Source of the DNA: Ptychomitrium polyphyllum
Lineage: Eukaryota
Direction: 5' to 3'
Assembly (NCBI GenBank): GCA_973851085.1
Contig: OZ316776.1
Coordinates: 8,184,001 to 8,248,000, forward strand
DNA: 64,000 nt
Shown here in pieces: positions 1-14,294 of this stretch. The position numbers were made by a program, and so were the translations under genes. Under the pieces are notes generated by a model. It had not been told where the DNA came from, did not search any database, and was given only the letters and a program-made list of their open reading frames with translations. Position 1 is the stretch's first letter. Each line of letters starts with the position of its first letter.

Positions 1-2030
1 CTCGTTCAGGACAGCCTCAAATGAAGGCTGGAGGTTTTTTTGATGTGCCTTTCACACAGGTCATCTGATGTGCGTTAGTTGACTGCAGAAAAAATAGAAG
101 AGAGCTTCTTCATTTCATAACCTTAAGCTGCACCGTAATGTGTTGAACCCCATCTACGTTTTTCATCAGCGATGGAAAGGAAGTTGTTTATTAAGTTTTC
201 GCTGGAGATGGATGTTGTGGCGATGGCATATGCGGCCGTTTACCTTGTCACGAGCTGTTACAGCATAAAGAGTTCAAACATTACTGATACTTCTTCATAA
301 TAAGCATCTATTCGAGATGTAGTAATGAATTTAAGATGAATAATAAATTCGAGTCTGAAAACCGAGTTAGTTCAAAAATACTGTGAATAGACCTTCTTTA
401 TTTGCTTCAGTTTTTATTGTATATGAACGTCTTTAAAATTGTAGGCAATTAAGTAAAAGTGGAACTAGTATATGCAAGTTTAGATAAGATCTGAAGAAAT
501 TCAATGACCTTTGAAGAACCTTGGTTATATAAGATCGTTAACTAGAGAAAATTGTTTCCCTAGATTAACTTTTTTTACATTCTAAACAATTTCACTTTAT
601 AACGGATAGTGTGGAAAATGTTTTGCTCTACACGGAATTAGGTTCTAACATTTTAAAAGATTGAACCTAGTACCACAATTTCGGAGATTTGTTTGGTGTA
701 AGAGCTCAAAAAGTAATCAGAGTTTATTGTGATACCAGTCAGAATAAATCCAAGTGCAGAGAAAAACCCACCGCCGACGTCAATAAACCATGTGCTCTCA
801 GCAATTTCCAAGCAATCGAATCTATGAAAGTTTGACTTTTATGCTTCTGAAGACTTTTGGCTCATGGCTCTCTGTTGCAACAGAGGTATCCCATTGATGC
901 TTTATACCTATCAAACGGATCAGAAACGATAATCTAGTGTAGCTGGTAAGTTTGCGTTAACCTGCTCAAGGTCGAGAGGCTGGCACAATCTCAGGATTAC
1001 CGTATGCAGTCCCTAAAACCACGACTATTAGTTCCAGAGAGATCTTCTCCTGACGAGAAAATGACCTCAACGTGTGGTTTTCGGCAGTGCCATTGTTTGT
1101 TGTGGTGGAGGTTCTGTTGGTGAAGAGTGGAATACTCATCTAGCTGAATGGGCGTAGTGCTATGCAGCGTAGAATCTATCAACCATCAACTCAGCACCGA
1201 TTGGATCATGTTGAGGTGATAGTCTGTGCTTGAGGTTGCCTACGTCTACTCCGTCGTGCTTAAAACTTACGTGGCAAGATTCCTGAATGAAGAGGGGCAG
1301 AGGCTTTGCAATTCCTGTACTGTACTTTAGTTTGGACCTGGACTTTGCTACATCTCTATCAACGGCCTTGTTGAAAATGTCATTTTCCAATAAATTGTGA
1401 TCTCTTTCAATTCAGGTTTCTTGCGAAATGGGGATCTAGAACTTATTTGCAAGTCGATTCAACACCTCCATGTGCGTGGAAGCTGCTCGTCAGGCTAAGG
1501 AATCAGTGTCCCCTAAGCAACCTCAAACCTCCTGTTTGAAACTAAGATGTATACATTATATAAGTATAGGTTTCATCTGAAACTCTCATTTATCCTAGGA
1601 TCGTTGCAACGAGTTGAGAAATTGGCAGCAAATGGAAAACTCAAATTTTGCAGTGTTCACTCTAAAGGGTGACTCCGCTCCTAGAACGGCTAGACAGACA
1701 CCAAATTTATTTTGAGAGATTTCATCCAAAAACAATCCACAATTCAAGAAGAATTGCACCATATCTGGAAGCTCACAAAAGCCAAAGCGTACGACTTCAT
1801 TGTACATATCCAAGCAAGTGTACTAACATCTTAAATCCACGGGCCTCTAAGAAAGAAAGTCAAAAGAAATAGCATGCATATTGAGGGTTTGAGTATGATA
1901 ACAAGAAGATATTCATCAGGTATTATGAATTTTGGTAGAATATGACACAGATTGAGGAAGTGGTAGGGAAGAATAAACAGTTGTATGGAGTCCTACCGAA
2001 ATTTGCGATCCAAAAATACAGATATTTCTG

Positions 2031-5000
2031 CTATTTCCAATCCACAATAGCTCTTGGTTGTGACTGCCGTGCTCCAGTCTGAGAATCAAACCTGGGTTTT
2101 CTTCTAGCACTAGTAGTTGATCTTCTGCTAATCACTGAGCTGTAACTGTCACTTAAATCAGATCCAGTCAGTTTCGTCACGTCTACCTCTTGTGAACCAA
2201 CCTCATCAGTTGATCCAGGATTCCCGGACTGCCAGCTGGAATTGGAGTGTTGCGAGTGAATGTGTCGACTTTCACTGTTGCTCAACCTAGACGTTTTCAA
2301 CGGCAATTGAAGGGGAGACGAAGAACTGTTCGAAGATTTAGTGGCAGTTGTGGGTAAGTCTGAGTTGCATTTATATCCAGCTTGTCGCACGTATTTACCA
2401 TTTGTGGCATCTGATATAACTGTCTCAGGATGGTCAGCTTCAAACGTCGAAGGGGCCTCAATTCCTCGCTTCATATCCTGAAGTTCATTGTCTAACCGCT
2501 CAAATTCCTGCACCAACCAAATCTTTCTCAAAACAATTTGTAGAATTGAAACGATTCCATCATAAACGGAAACATAGCTAAGGGCGTTAAAAATAGAAAT
2601 CAAGGATCAATAATCCTAGACAACGTTACTCTAGTATGTTGTATTAAAAGAACACATCAACTGAAACTTGATAATAGTCGAGCTATTTTCATGCTCCCCA
2701 CTGCTACCTACAAACGGCTAAAAAGTCAAATGAAACAAGAAGTGTCATCTGTGGTTATTGCATAATATATGGCAAGATTCACAATGAAAATTAAGACCAC
2801 CCATGTAAGAGGTCTTACCATTCGAAGCGACTCCTGATCTAGTGGTTGCTGAGCACCTTCCTTAACTCTGTCAAGACGGGGCCTTGCTTGATTATCCTGG
2901 GGGCTGTGATTGCAGGGTTCTGCTTCACTCCCTTCACTACCAGTTGTAGTATCATAACCCTCACGAGTCCAATAACGTTGATGTCTGCTTTCAGCTGACC
3001 GTGGTCTCCTTCTAGACCTCGGATGCGTTAAAACTTTAGACCCCGTGAAGCCAGATGACACTAGACCATCTCCAACCTCCTTAAAACTGGGCTGCTCTTG
3101 ATCTATGCTATTAGCTATTCCTATGTAACCATTATTATCCACTACTGAAGGAGTGAATGATCTAGGCCCCCGGACCTTCTTGGAAGTAAATGATCTTACG
3201 CCGTCCCCATTAGTGTGACCCAAGCCAACTCCGTCTATCCTTAACAGGTCAGCTGGGTTTGTATGCACGGTCGGATTAATACCATAGTTATTGTCATTGA
3301 CCTCCGAATGCCCTCCATTTCCTTGGAAAGTACTTTTCCGGTCATCAGCAGGCGTCATCAACGAGCAGGTGTTGCCGTCTCCATTATCTTGCCTGCGCTG
3401 ATTATAAAATCTCTCATTGTCGTGAAGCCCAGCATCCGAACAATATTGGAGCTGTACCGCAGCAGGAGACTTGCTCCCTGCAACTGTACTAAGAGCTGGT
3501 TGCTTATGCAAGATGGGAATCGGCGTAGATGGCACGTGAGTCCTGCCAGCTACCACAGGCATGATTCCCTCTTCAATCATGATACCTTGCTGAGCTGCAA
3601 TTTCCAATATTTGATCATGATTAAGTCCAGAGCATTCGAGGACCAACCATAGATTGCTCAAAGCCTCCCGCTGGTCGTGTATTATCTGATCTCGAATAGC
3701 CATCTGAAATTGAAGTTCCATATTTGTCATGCCCTGTACACACAAACATGCATGCAGATGAGTGAACAGCACAATAACCTACCATCCATGGCTACAAAGT
3801 TGACCTGTAATTCATCCTGAACAATTGCAAGAACTAAACAACACTAACAAATAGCGCTGCTGCCACCTATATAATCTGCAGAAAACACTCACGAGAAGTC
3901 GGTACTGCGTAAGAATGCGCAAAAAGGTCTTATTTCGATCACTATCTATCGCCTCATCAATTCGCCGCTGAAGCTCTTTACGGTGAGCCTCATTGTTTTC
4001 AATTTCCTGGTGTCCAAAAAATTCGCAAGGTCAATTCCCCGTCTATGCTCAAAATATGAAATACAACATCAAGCATATTCTAGCAGTGCTGTCTGAAGAG
4101 TACAGCTTCTCTATGAATTTAGATAGAATGATAATTTCTGAGTTAGTTCGTCCATCTCAAACACACAAAAATGAGAGATCTATACACACCTCGCGATAAT
4201 GTGTGCCGGCTTCGTCATTATCTCGAATGTTGTCCAGAACGATTTGACGCCTCTCAACAAGTGTCTCATTCTTCTCTCCATTTCTTCGTGAATTCTGCAA
4301 ACATTCAGGCAAACCAACTCAATATTTAAAAATACTTTTGCTAAAGGTAATGGAATTCTCGGAGGACGCAGGTCAAGTTGGTAAATTATGAACAACAACA
4401 ATTATTCTCAACCTCTACATCCAAACCAGCTTCAACAAATGCACAAGACATTCTGAAAAACTCCACCCTCCATCCCATTGTTAATATCAGCTGGAAGTAC
4501 CGGATCAGCAATAAGATCATCAAGTTGTTGAAGTTCTGCTCTATTGAGAAGATTCATATCCTCCAATTCAAATAATGCTTTCTGTAAATTAATTCTCTCT
4601 TCAACATTCTCATTGATGTCGTGACTGAGTACATCCAACCAAGAAAGCTCATCATCTACTGACTTCTCTTTTTCTTGCGTGTGAGCACTCAATTTAGTTT
4701 CTTTGTCAGCTAGCTCCATTCTCAACTGTGTAACCTCCACCTGCATTGAATACCGAACATCAATTACAGTATTTGAACGACTCTAATAGTTTGACCTTAA
4801 TAAAACACATGGGGACATGAGTGAAAACATACACACACCAAAACTTCTTAGAAACCGAAAAAATCAAACTTTAATGCTTAGAGATCTGTTATTAAGGGGA
4901 AGCAAATCAGCTATATCAGCAGATTCAAATTTCTTAACAGTAACTTATCGAATAGTTGAGCTCAAGATAAAAGGCATTTCAGAACACAGTTCATATCTAC

Positions 5001-8000
5001 AAAAACATGTCTTAAGGGTCCTCCAATGTGAAATCCATAACGTCATGGGTTCAAAATCTATTAAATAAGATTTCTGATTACCAGCAGCTTAGTAATATAT
5101 TACTAGAAATTACAGTAAAAAGCCGTACTTGGAGATTGTCTATCATTTGCTGATAGTCTGCAACATGAGCATCCACAGTACCGACGTTTGTCTGCAAAAC
5201 ATAATCACTATGATGAGTATTATAATAATAGTTGACCTGTAGGCAATCTTGACAAGTTCCAAACACCCGGACATGCCCGGTCAGCTACCTCTTCAGTTTT
5301 CAAAGGAATAGCCGGATTAAACCAGCCTGGTTGGACTGGCAGAATTCAGCCTCAAGGGATAATGAGCGAATTACTTAAGGATTGAAACAGAAAAAAAAGA
5401 CTGTAACCCTGAAAAGACTGACATTGGCACCCTTGACTTCAATGTAGCTCGAGCCCCGATGTGATATCAAGTTGCCACCACCTCTCTCCCTCACGCGACG
5501 TGCAATGATATTGGGGGCTGAAGATCTAACTGGTTGACTCAAAGGTGGTAGTTCCTCGCCTGTATTTGCCTGAAAAACATGTATGTCCATGAATATCCCA
5601 TCCAGGAGACCGGTTGAGAACCCTGGGTGTACTTACAATTCCAGTTCTCTACACCCATAAGATTTTAGTGTGCATAGAGGTAAGAGTATGATAGACGGAG
5701 TTAACACCTGTATATGAGTCTTGATCTCCTTCGCTCTGTCTGCATATTTTAGTGTGTTTGTTGTGTGATGGTATTGATCGGCGCCACAAGAGACTGTTGC
5801 CACCATGACAGTTCGAGAATTCCCACTAAGCCCATCTTTAAGTAGTCGAGTCAATTTACTGCAATCGAAATACATGAGAATCAAACATCACCGCCTCAAT
5901 GAATAGCTGCAATTAAAGCTCAACTGCAGTCACCTAAAGAAAATGACTGCGACCGACTTAAAAGCCCAACAGAGCAGCTCAAGTAGAATCAGACTTTACA
6001 ATTAAATCATCATGACGCTCATCAATGAAGGATACAACTACATGATCCCAATGATCCAGACAGCCGTCAGTTGTGCCTCGGCTATGGGGAATTCAGAACA
6101 CAATGTATAGTACACGCATCTCCAACAAGTTGTATCAGGGAACTTAGAACAAAGTCAGGGACTGCAGTGTGAGTTTCAGGACTTGGATAAAGCAATGTAC
6201 CTATTCCGGTAGGGGACGTATGCTAATCCTTTCTTCTGCTGCTTTCCAAGGGCATTGATACAGTTAGCTAAAGCAAGAAGCGATCGATTGATATTTGCAC
6301 CATCTCGTAGTTTCTGTCCAGCATTATTCGTCTCTGAAGCTCTTTCGCTGTATCCAAACAAATGTGTCAGCTAAGTCAAGTGTATATTGTACATACTATA
6401 TTATGAAATATAACAGTCAACCTCCCGTGACCTCCACTAGAAAGCCTGTAAAGTTTGTACATGTTTCAAAACTAAGCTGTAAGCATGTAAACCTACCCAG
6501 CCCCTGGTACTGCTTAGGATACTAAACAAGATTATTTGCTACAGTTCAATACAGAAGGAAATGCATCAAACCTGCCAGCCAAATCCACCAGAGCAAGCTT
6601 CCCACGAAGCGTTTGTGCTCGATAATGATTACGCTGCTTCCTCTTGACCATGATCTCCAATACAGCATGAGATCTAGAGTGCGTCAAGATAACTAACAAA
6701 ATCAGATTAATAAAAATCTCAACAGCCGAACTTTCAAGGAAGATGACGACGACTTCAGGCTCAGATAAGCTCGAAGGACTACCTACATAAACTGGACAAA
6801 GGCTATGGACTCTACTTATGCTTCACAAATGCCTACTCATTGCTATTTATTATGTTCGCTGTAGAACGTACAAATATTTGGGGGAGCAAGAAATGGCTTA
6901 CTGCCAATAAGTCAGCACGTACCGTGATGACGTCGCATTGGCATCTGTGCTTTCAGTTTTTCGCCGATTGTTGCCCTGAGTAAGAAGTTCCAAGATTTTC
7001 TCCGCAGAACTAACCTGATAACAGAGAAACCAAAACAAGATACAGACACAAGATAATTATTTTCGAAAAACATAATGCATGGGGAAGTTTATATCAATCA
7101 GACGCGTAGAGTATGATGCAAATATCATCCCAATATTCAAGACTAACTTCTGAATCCGGACCCCACGCAGTCAATAAATCGCACTGGATCCACAAAAATG
7201 CACCTTTATGCGCTTGAGACCAGCCACAGTAATACCCTGATCAGGATCTTCACGGAGCTCCAGGTGCCCAGACGATCTTTCTAGTAAGTCATAAATGACC
7301 TGCAAGCCAGATACCAACGTGTTGAGCATTGAGGTGTAAGTACTCCAGTATGGCGACTTGAAAAACTTCAAGATGTATGGCACAGTTGTTAGATTCAAGA
7401 TTGAATCCAGTGATGAACTCACCTCATTATAGACCTCAAGGTAGGAGCAAGTGACCTCGAATTCATAGTCAGCTTCCTGCTTAGAGATAAGAGCGAATAT
7501 GGATTGCAGACTGAGGACCATCAGGCCTGGGTCCTCGGGTGTACCCGCCATTGTGTGCGTCTTCCCGCTGTATTGAAACAGGAAGACAATCAATCATTCA
7601 CGCAGAAATGACAAAAGTCATAAACCTAAAATGGTAGGGATACCGAACCAACACCCCAAAAATCTTTCAAAACTGAGTAACTTACTTTGATACTGGAATT
7701 ATCATAGAGAAATTCTACATGTCTAATCACGTACATATTTTCAACCAGATTCTAGTCCGTCGTTTTGAGAAAACACACCTTCCTGTGGCCCCATAAGCGA
7801 AGATAGTAGCATTGAGCCCCCGGACGACCCCTTCGACAATTGCACTTGCCGTGACATTGTAAACATCCTGCCAATAAGACAGAAGACATTCTTGTGTCAC
7901 ATTAAAGTCCTTGCCGATTTAACTTCCCAATGCGTCCCGGTATTATTTCCAGCAATCTACAAGCCAAGACAGGTATGCAAGATCCATCTTGGTAAGAGTA

Positions 8001-8583
8001 GGACAGAAAATCCTCTCATAGTAGTGAAGGGCTACGATGAAAAGAACTTAGCAGTAAACACATTACCGCATTTTTCGCCTCTGCACTGAAAGCTACATCA
8101 TATGCATACTTCTTTTCTTTACTTCGATTCTGCACGCGATCAAGATAGTCCTTGCTCGTGTCTGGATCCAGCACCACTACCACCTGTGAATGAGGAACAT
8201 TCATTATTATACAGCAGCTTAAGGAATCGTAAAAATTGAGTAAGTAATAGATCAAAAAAGCAATTCACTCATATCTGTAATGCTCGATCGAGCTCCATCA
8301 CAATCCTGCAGTACGCTCATCAAGTTTGTTGACTGACCTTGTCATCGATAACCCGGAGGATATCACGACTCTTCAGCCTCTCCTTGACAGTTAACGGACG
8401 ACATCTCACCGCTACCTGGAGCGAGTTCCACATACAAACAAGATTAGGTTCTCTTTGTAAAAAAATTTATGGTATCACCTCTATGAAAATCGTATTTAGA
8501 GAAGGAAGCCGAAAGATAAGACAGAAAAATACCTGTAAGGTGGTTACTTGCTTGGATTCAGGTGGCTGTATACTCCGCATCAT
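2031..8583 (-). CDS. Kinesin-8 family motor protein (KIN-8B-like), 16 coding exons, ~993 aa
   Basis: Exons read on minus strand with phase-compatible GT-AG junctions: 8583-8533, 8415-8338, 8183-8067, 7867-7779, 7567-7423, 7299-7204, 7014-6923, 6673-6572, 6347-6201, 5858-5708, 5191-5129, 4740-4501, 4294-4190, 4006-3893, 3733-2819, 2507-2031 (2982 nt). Motor motifs: VAVRCRP, P-loop GATGSGKT, switch I SSRSHA, switch [38 protein letters not shown]-terminal motor followed by coiled coil. The 8B subtype is judged from memory of the [11 protein letters not shown] start. Confidence 0.93.
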
Positions 8584-10227
8584 TGTTTGACACATGCCAC
8601 TCCTACTAACGAGAAACTTTCAGCAGACTCTGGCCCATAGACTACTACAGATTCCCATGACCTTCTCCAAGATACAACTCGAAAAGAAACTCCACTGAGA
8701 ACATGCCAATCCCATCAGCCAGGATGACCCATCTAGCTTTCGGATTCCATGTGCTGCTAAGATACTAACACCAGATACTTGTCCGCGTCATTGAATCACC
8801 ACAGAAGTCGTCCTGCATGACAGCGCCATTAAGAATTACAAACTGCGCTAGAATATTCTATTCCATAAAATGTACAAATCTGGCCTACACATGCCAGCTT
8901 CCGCAGTTTTTAAGCCCGTGGGCCCTACTAGCAGTAGAAAGTCGACTAGCACGTATAAAAAGTATCAAAGTAGATTGCAGAGAGGAGTCATTTAGAAAAA
9001 ACTTCACATCAATTCCAGACAGGATCTTCACGTAAATGCTTCCAATTTCTTTCTCTGAGCTGAAAGCCAGGGCATTTGAAAACCACTGTTCTATTGGAAA
9101 GAAGAGAAGAATGAAATTGCCGGATAAACGGCACCAAATTTCTTGCTATCACTAATCAGATTGATATGAGAGTGAGAATTTGGACAGATGATCGTGTTTT
9201 ACAAAGTCAATAAACCTTTCCACTTTAATAACATCCAGGCGTGGTGCTTTAAAACCCCAGCACCGTACACCGTATAGCTTCCACATACAAGGATTTCTCT
9301 ACGACAACGACTGCTTCCACCCCAATAATTTTGTCGTAATTGACGCAGAACAAGAGCGAACCTGATTTGAAATGAACACGACGGCGACATGCTTTTCATC
9401 TGCTCGTGCGCAGGCAGCTCCTAAAGTGAAGTAGCACCAGGATCCAGATGCTGGAGAGTTCCTAACATGTTTCCTCTTCCCAGACCGCCGGTGCAGTAAA
9501 TAAGGACCAGAACGAGCGAAATTTGTGCGTCACTTAGCCCTTCAAACCTTCGGTCGCACTGCAATCCTATCATCCCCGAGAATCAAAGTATCAATCGGCA
9601 TCCGAGCTCTCTCAGATTCTCAACGAAGCTTGGATGAACACTAACAATCCACTTCTACTTCTTGAAAGCTCGCCCTACATTGCCAAACAATACTCCACGC
9701 ACAGAACAACAACTGGATCCGATCTGAGCAAGCACCCGAACGTCAACACCTCCAAACAGCAACTCCAACCACAGACAATAGCCTCCAGCAGTTCCCTACA
9801 CCACAACGTCGCATAACACGGACACGCCACCAAATCGCACGCACTCGGCTTCAAATCCACCCTTCGAAAACCCCACACACAAAACAGGTAGGAATTGCAG
9901 ACTGGCAGCGAACGAAGCGCAGACATCTCAAACCAAGGCTATGGTCTCAGTGCCGCTGCCGCAAGTCCACAATGCAGGTAGTTACGTTGCCTCTCAAACA
10001 GGTGTCGACCGTCCTTACGACCTACATTATTCCGCCAATGCACTCCCACGCATTCAGTCCACCCGCGGGATACAGCGCCTCAACGACAAAACTCCAATCC
10101 GCCCTCCCGTCGCTTATGCGCCACGACACACACCAAACCAAAACAAAAGCCTGCTCCTGCGCCCGCTCCCCCGCCTGTCCGCCTGCCTCCCTGCTCCCTG
10201 TCCACTCTCCCTTCTCCGTCACAAACT

Positions 10228-10341
10228 CTTTCTCTCGCTCGCTCTCTCTACAACTCTCTCTCGCTCTCTCTACAACTCTCTCTCCCTCTCTCTACAACTC
10301 TCTCTCCCTCTCTCTACAACTCTTTCGCGCTCCCTCTCTCT
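10228..10341. repeat. CT/GA-rich 22-bp minisatellite (four copies) upstream of the kinesin gene, probably in its 5' leader
   Basis: TACAACTCT recurs at 10249, 10271, 10293 and 10315 (period 22) within (CT)n-rich sequence. Confidence 0.85.
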
Positions 10342-13300
10342 CAGTTTCCTACACAGGCATAAGCGCAGCACTCTTCCTCCGGAGGCGCAATCCGCATCAC
10401 GAAAGCTCGCCACTGATCGAGGCCGTGACTGCAACCCCGCGCTTGGGCGCTCCCTGGGGCTGCACGAGCATCGCCAGATCTACACGACCGCCACAGCGAT
10501 GCCCGGGAAGATCCATAGTTTTTACCGCGCCATGCGGTCTCGGATCTCGCGCTCAACGGAACGCGCGCTCACTCCGCTCAGGCCTCACGCTTCCCGGACG
10601 ATACTCGACGACATTCCCGGCCCTCGTCGCGGTGCCCCGGCATCACCATCCGTCGTGGCTCGGCAGGCCGGCACCCGACACTGTAGCCCCCCGCTAGCGA
10701 TCGACGCGGACACTGCAACACCAATTAGGGCTCTGCTTTCAAACACTAATGCAACTCCTTTCACTTCGGCGCCACGGTATCTTTCCTCGTTGCTCGTGGC
10801 AAGCGAACTTTAAACCGTTGTTGTCACCGGAAACCGACACTAGCTACTCCCTGTAGAGATTTCAGGAAGGAAGATTTGCGTGCTCTCGTCGATGCTACCT
10901 TCTGAGTACAGTGACGGTTTAAGGTGTACATCTCTTACATGCGAGGTGGGAGGTAACGTAGTTCCCTCGTTCGCCGGTCTATGTTCACTCCGACGCTATG
11001 GCGTCTTTATTCTTCGGATCTAAGGCAATGGATGCTTCCGCTTTCGGTGCTTTCTAGGGTTTTCCATACATGTTGTCCGTTGGCCGGGTGTTTCTTGCTT
11101 GTACAACGGAAAGGCAATCTCTGACAGGGCCTTTTTGTTTTTTATATTCGGTAATAATATCAGCTGTGCGGGTGGGGAACGTGCCACCTCGGGCTGGACA
11201 TTCATTTCCTGTTGCCGTTTTTTCTAATGTGATATTTGCAGGTTCTGGTCAAACCATAATTGCCCCTGAGATTGGGAAAGTAAGTACAGTTCTCAACTCC
11301 TGAGATGCAGAGTTTACATCGGGGTTTCGATATACCGTTACGGGTTGTAATAAGTTTTTTTCTCATTGTAGGAATGTTTATGCAGAAATCTGCAGTTAAT
11401 TATGAAAATGTGTGATGTGATGGACAAATGAGTGCTGAAGCTAATCTTGTGGTTATATTTGAACTGGTACATCCAATTAATGTATTTTAACAACTGTGGG
11501 AGTTATCCAGTCACGGTTGGTGTTTGATTTGATGGCGTCAAGACAGTCCTCGATTGCTGTGAATGCGGATGTGATAGGTACTTCGGATTTATTACTGTAA
11601 ATCATCATGTGAATTAAAATCTCGGATTATATGATGTTGGAGACAGAATCTCTGCAAGAGGATTGGTTGAAATTTTTAGTTCTTGCATAAAGCTTTGTTC
11701 CACCTTGTTGCACTGCCCTTGAGAGAAACTATTCGAAGATGGATGGTAGAATGAGTTGGTCGCCTTTAGAGTAGCAATTATTATGTGAGTGTTGTTTTCT
11801 TCCTATGTTGATTATTTTGTTATTTTCCCATCTTCTTCCATGGCTTTTCTTCCTAAAATAAGTATGGCTTTTAAGCTAAAAAAATTTATTTCTCATGTCT
11901 CCCTCATTTACCATTATCCACATATCCTAGCCATATAGAAGATAGTCACAACTAATGCATAATTCGTTTTCTTTTTTTTTTAGATTAATCCTCTAAAATT
12001 ATTTTTTATATTTTATTTTATATTTTTCTTAAAACGACTAAAATGGACCTAATGGCTTAATGGCCATAAACAAAATATCTTATTTTACACTTTTATATTT
12101 ATAATAATCTTAGTTTTTAATTTTAGAATTATTCTCAAATAAACTTATAATGTGGCTATATACTATAGCTAATAATTCTACTTCACTTTGCTATTAGATT
12201 GAAATTACAATCTACTACATGGATTATTCAATGGTGAAGTTTGGATTATGCAAAGATTATTGATCATTGGCAATAAATTATCCATAGTCCTAACAAATTC
12301 TAAGCATATGATTTTCCACTAAAATATCATATTGCATCAAATATCTTCATGTTATATGTGATATAAATAGTTTTTTGCAATGATTACTTGATTGTCCATG
12401 TTTTTAATAATATGAAACTTCAATATGGCCATGATGTTGTGATTTCAAAAAAAATTCTCTTGATTATGCAAAAAATGGCTTTTATATGTAGGTGGACAAT
12501 GCACTTTACATTGCACTCTTTAAATAAGTTTAGCAAGATTTGAAAAATTTATACTATTGATTTATATCCAATGGACATAGGTTCAACAGTGGAATAAATA
12601 GATATTATGTACTATTGGAATAACAATATAAGTAGTCAATAAAATGGTTGATAACTTAATAACTTAATTAGTGGCCAAGTTGACAAAGTTTGCATATGGC
12701 CAAATTGATTTGTTTATTTTTATTCATGGCAAGTTGGTTCATTGTTATGTTGAGTTATTTCAAGTTGTCTTCACCAATTCGTACGTTTTAATAATTGAAG
12801 TCTATTAAATTAAGTGTATATGTTTGAAGGTAGATGTGGGACAAATCATCTTTCAATTTGCAAAATACTCAAGTTGTATATACTTCTATTAAACTTCTTC
12901 TAGTTATTACAAATTTCTTTTCTTAAATTCAATATTCAAATTTTTTTTTTAATGGTTCATTTAGATGGCTAAAATATCTTCACAATCATTATGGATTCTT
13001 TTTAAGGTTGGAGTTTTTTTTCTTCTAGTGGAAACAATTCTTTTTGTCTACTCATTGATCATGTATAAAAGGAGATAATGGAACCTTGTTTCTAATCTTG
13101 TATAAAATCCTATTAAAAGCAATTTAACAAAGAATAAGGTTATTTTCTATGTATTACATTTGAAATGATTTTAAATATTTAATAGTAGTTTTCAAACATG
13201 GGCAAGTATTTCATGTATTTGGAATAAAAAATATTATGCATACATGAATTGTTAGTCCTAAAATAATTTTAAAAATTAAGTTGCAACATTTTTGAAATTT

Positions 13301-14294
13301 TTTTATTGAAATTGTTGAAATTATAAAGAAAACAATAAGTTACAAACGAACTCCAATAAACATATAGATTTGTAAAAATGGCAATTTGCAATTGAAATCA
13401 GAATCATTGATTTTCAAACCAAAGTTATGCATAAGACACAAAGACTAAATCATAAAGGTTTTGTCTATTAGCTTTGCCTTCATTACTAAAGAGATAACAC
13501 AAAAAACATTTGTTTTTTCTTCCAAACTTCATCTTTATATTATACATAACTCTTTTTATTATTCATTTTTTGTTTTACCTCTCCAATTTCATATCAATGT
13601 ATAGATAATTTAGAAACTTTAAACCAAAATGTTTTAATCATATCAATGAGATTTATTAAATGTGCAATTATATGAACAATTGCACAATTCATTCTTCTAC
13701 AAATTTTTTTAATCATTTACCAATCTAAAAGACGTTGTCACTTCTTGCTTGTACACAAGCCATGACATATAGGATTTGTATATTCATCCATCAAACATCT
13801 ATCATTCATTTACCAATCATTCATCATAAACACCTTCTGATTACATTATAATGTTCAAAACTAATTTTTAAGTCCCTAACATATATTACAAAAAGGTCAA
13901 TTAATTGATTAGATAATCATTTTTGATCCTTGAGATTTAGAAGCAAGTCCAAATTTCAATTGAATGTCTTTTGAGTATTCCAGTAATAATATCTCTAATA
14001 GAAACTTTTTTTACAAAGTGTTGTTTTAGGAACTTTATAAATCAACATCCCTTTTCCCAATGTAAAAGAATAACATATTTTTCAGTCTATAAACATTACG
14101 AAGGTAATATGCAATTTGTAGAGACAAGTTGTGCTTAATTTGCAAATGTTTTCTAATAAAAAGTGCTGCATGTTTTTTGCATTCTTTTTATTTACAATTA
14201 GTTCCATATTGGTAACAATTGCATGTCATTTCTTAATCTCAATGGTTATACATAACATGACAAAGCTCTTTCTGTGGTTATGTTCTGAACAACT

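Noticed and set aside
10240..10325. Regularly spaced 22-bp repeats as a CRISPR-like array
   Set aside because: Head-to-tail low-complexity units with no unique spacers, in eukaryotic DNA with no cas genes.
9941..10813. 290-aa and 241-aa + strand ORFs
   Set aside because: They run through a CT minisatellite and the GC-rich promoter/leader of the minus-strand kinesin, giving SL-repeat translations with no domain.
11880..14200. AT-rich blocks (also ~18600-19870, 32150-34600, 49400-50750, 56080-56520) as transposon remnants
   Set aside because: Plausible, but I could not identify LTRs, TIRs, TSDs or gag/pol/transposase motifs, so no mobile element is called.
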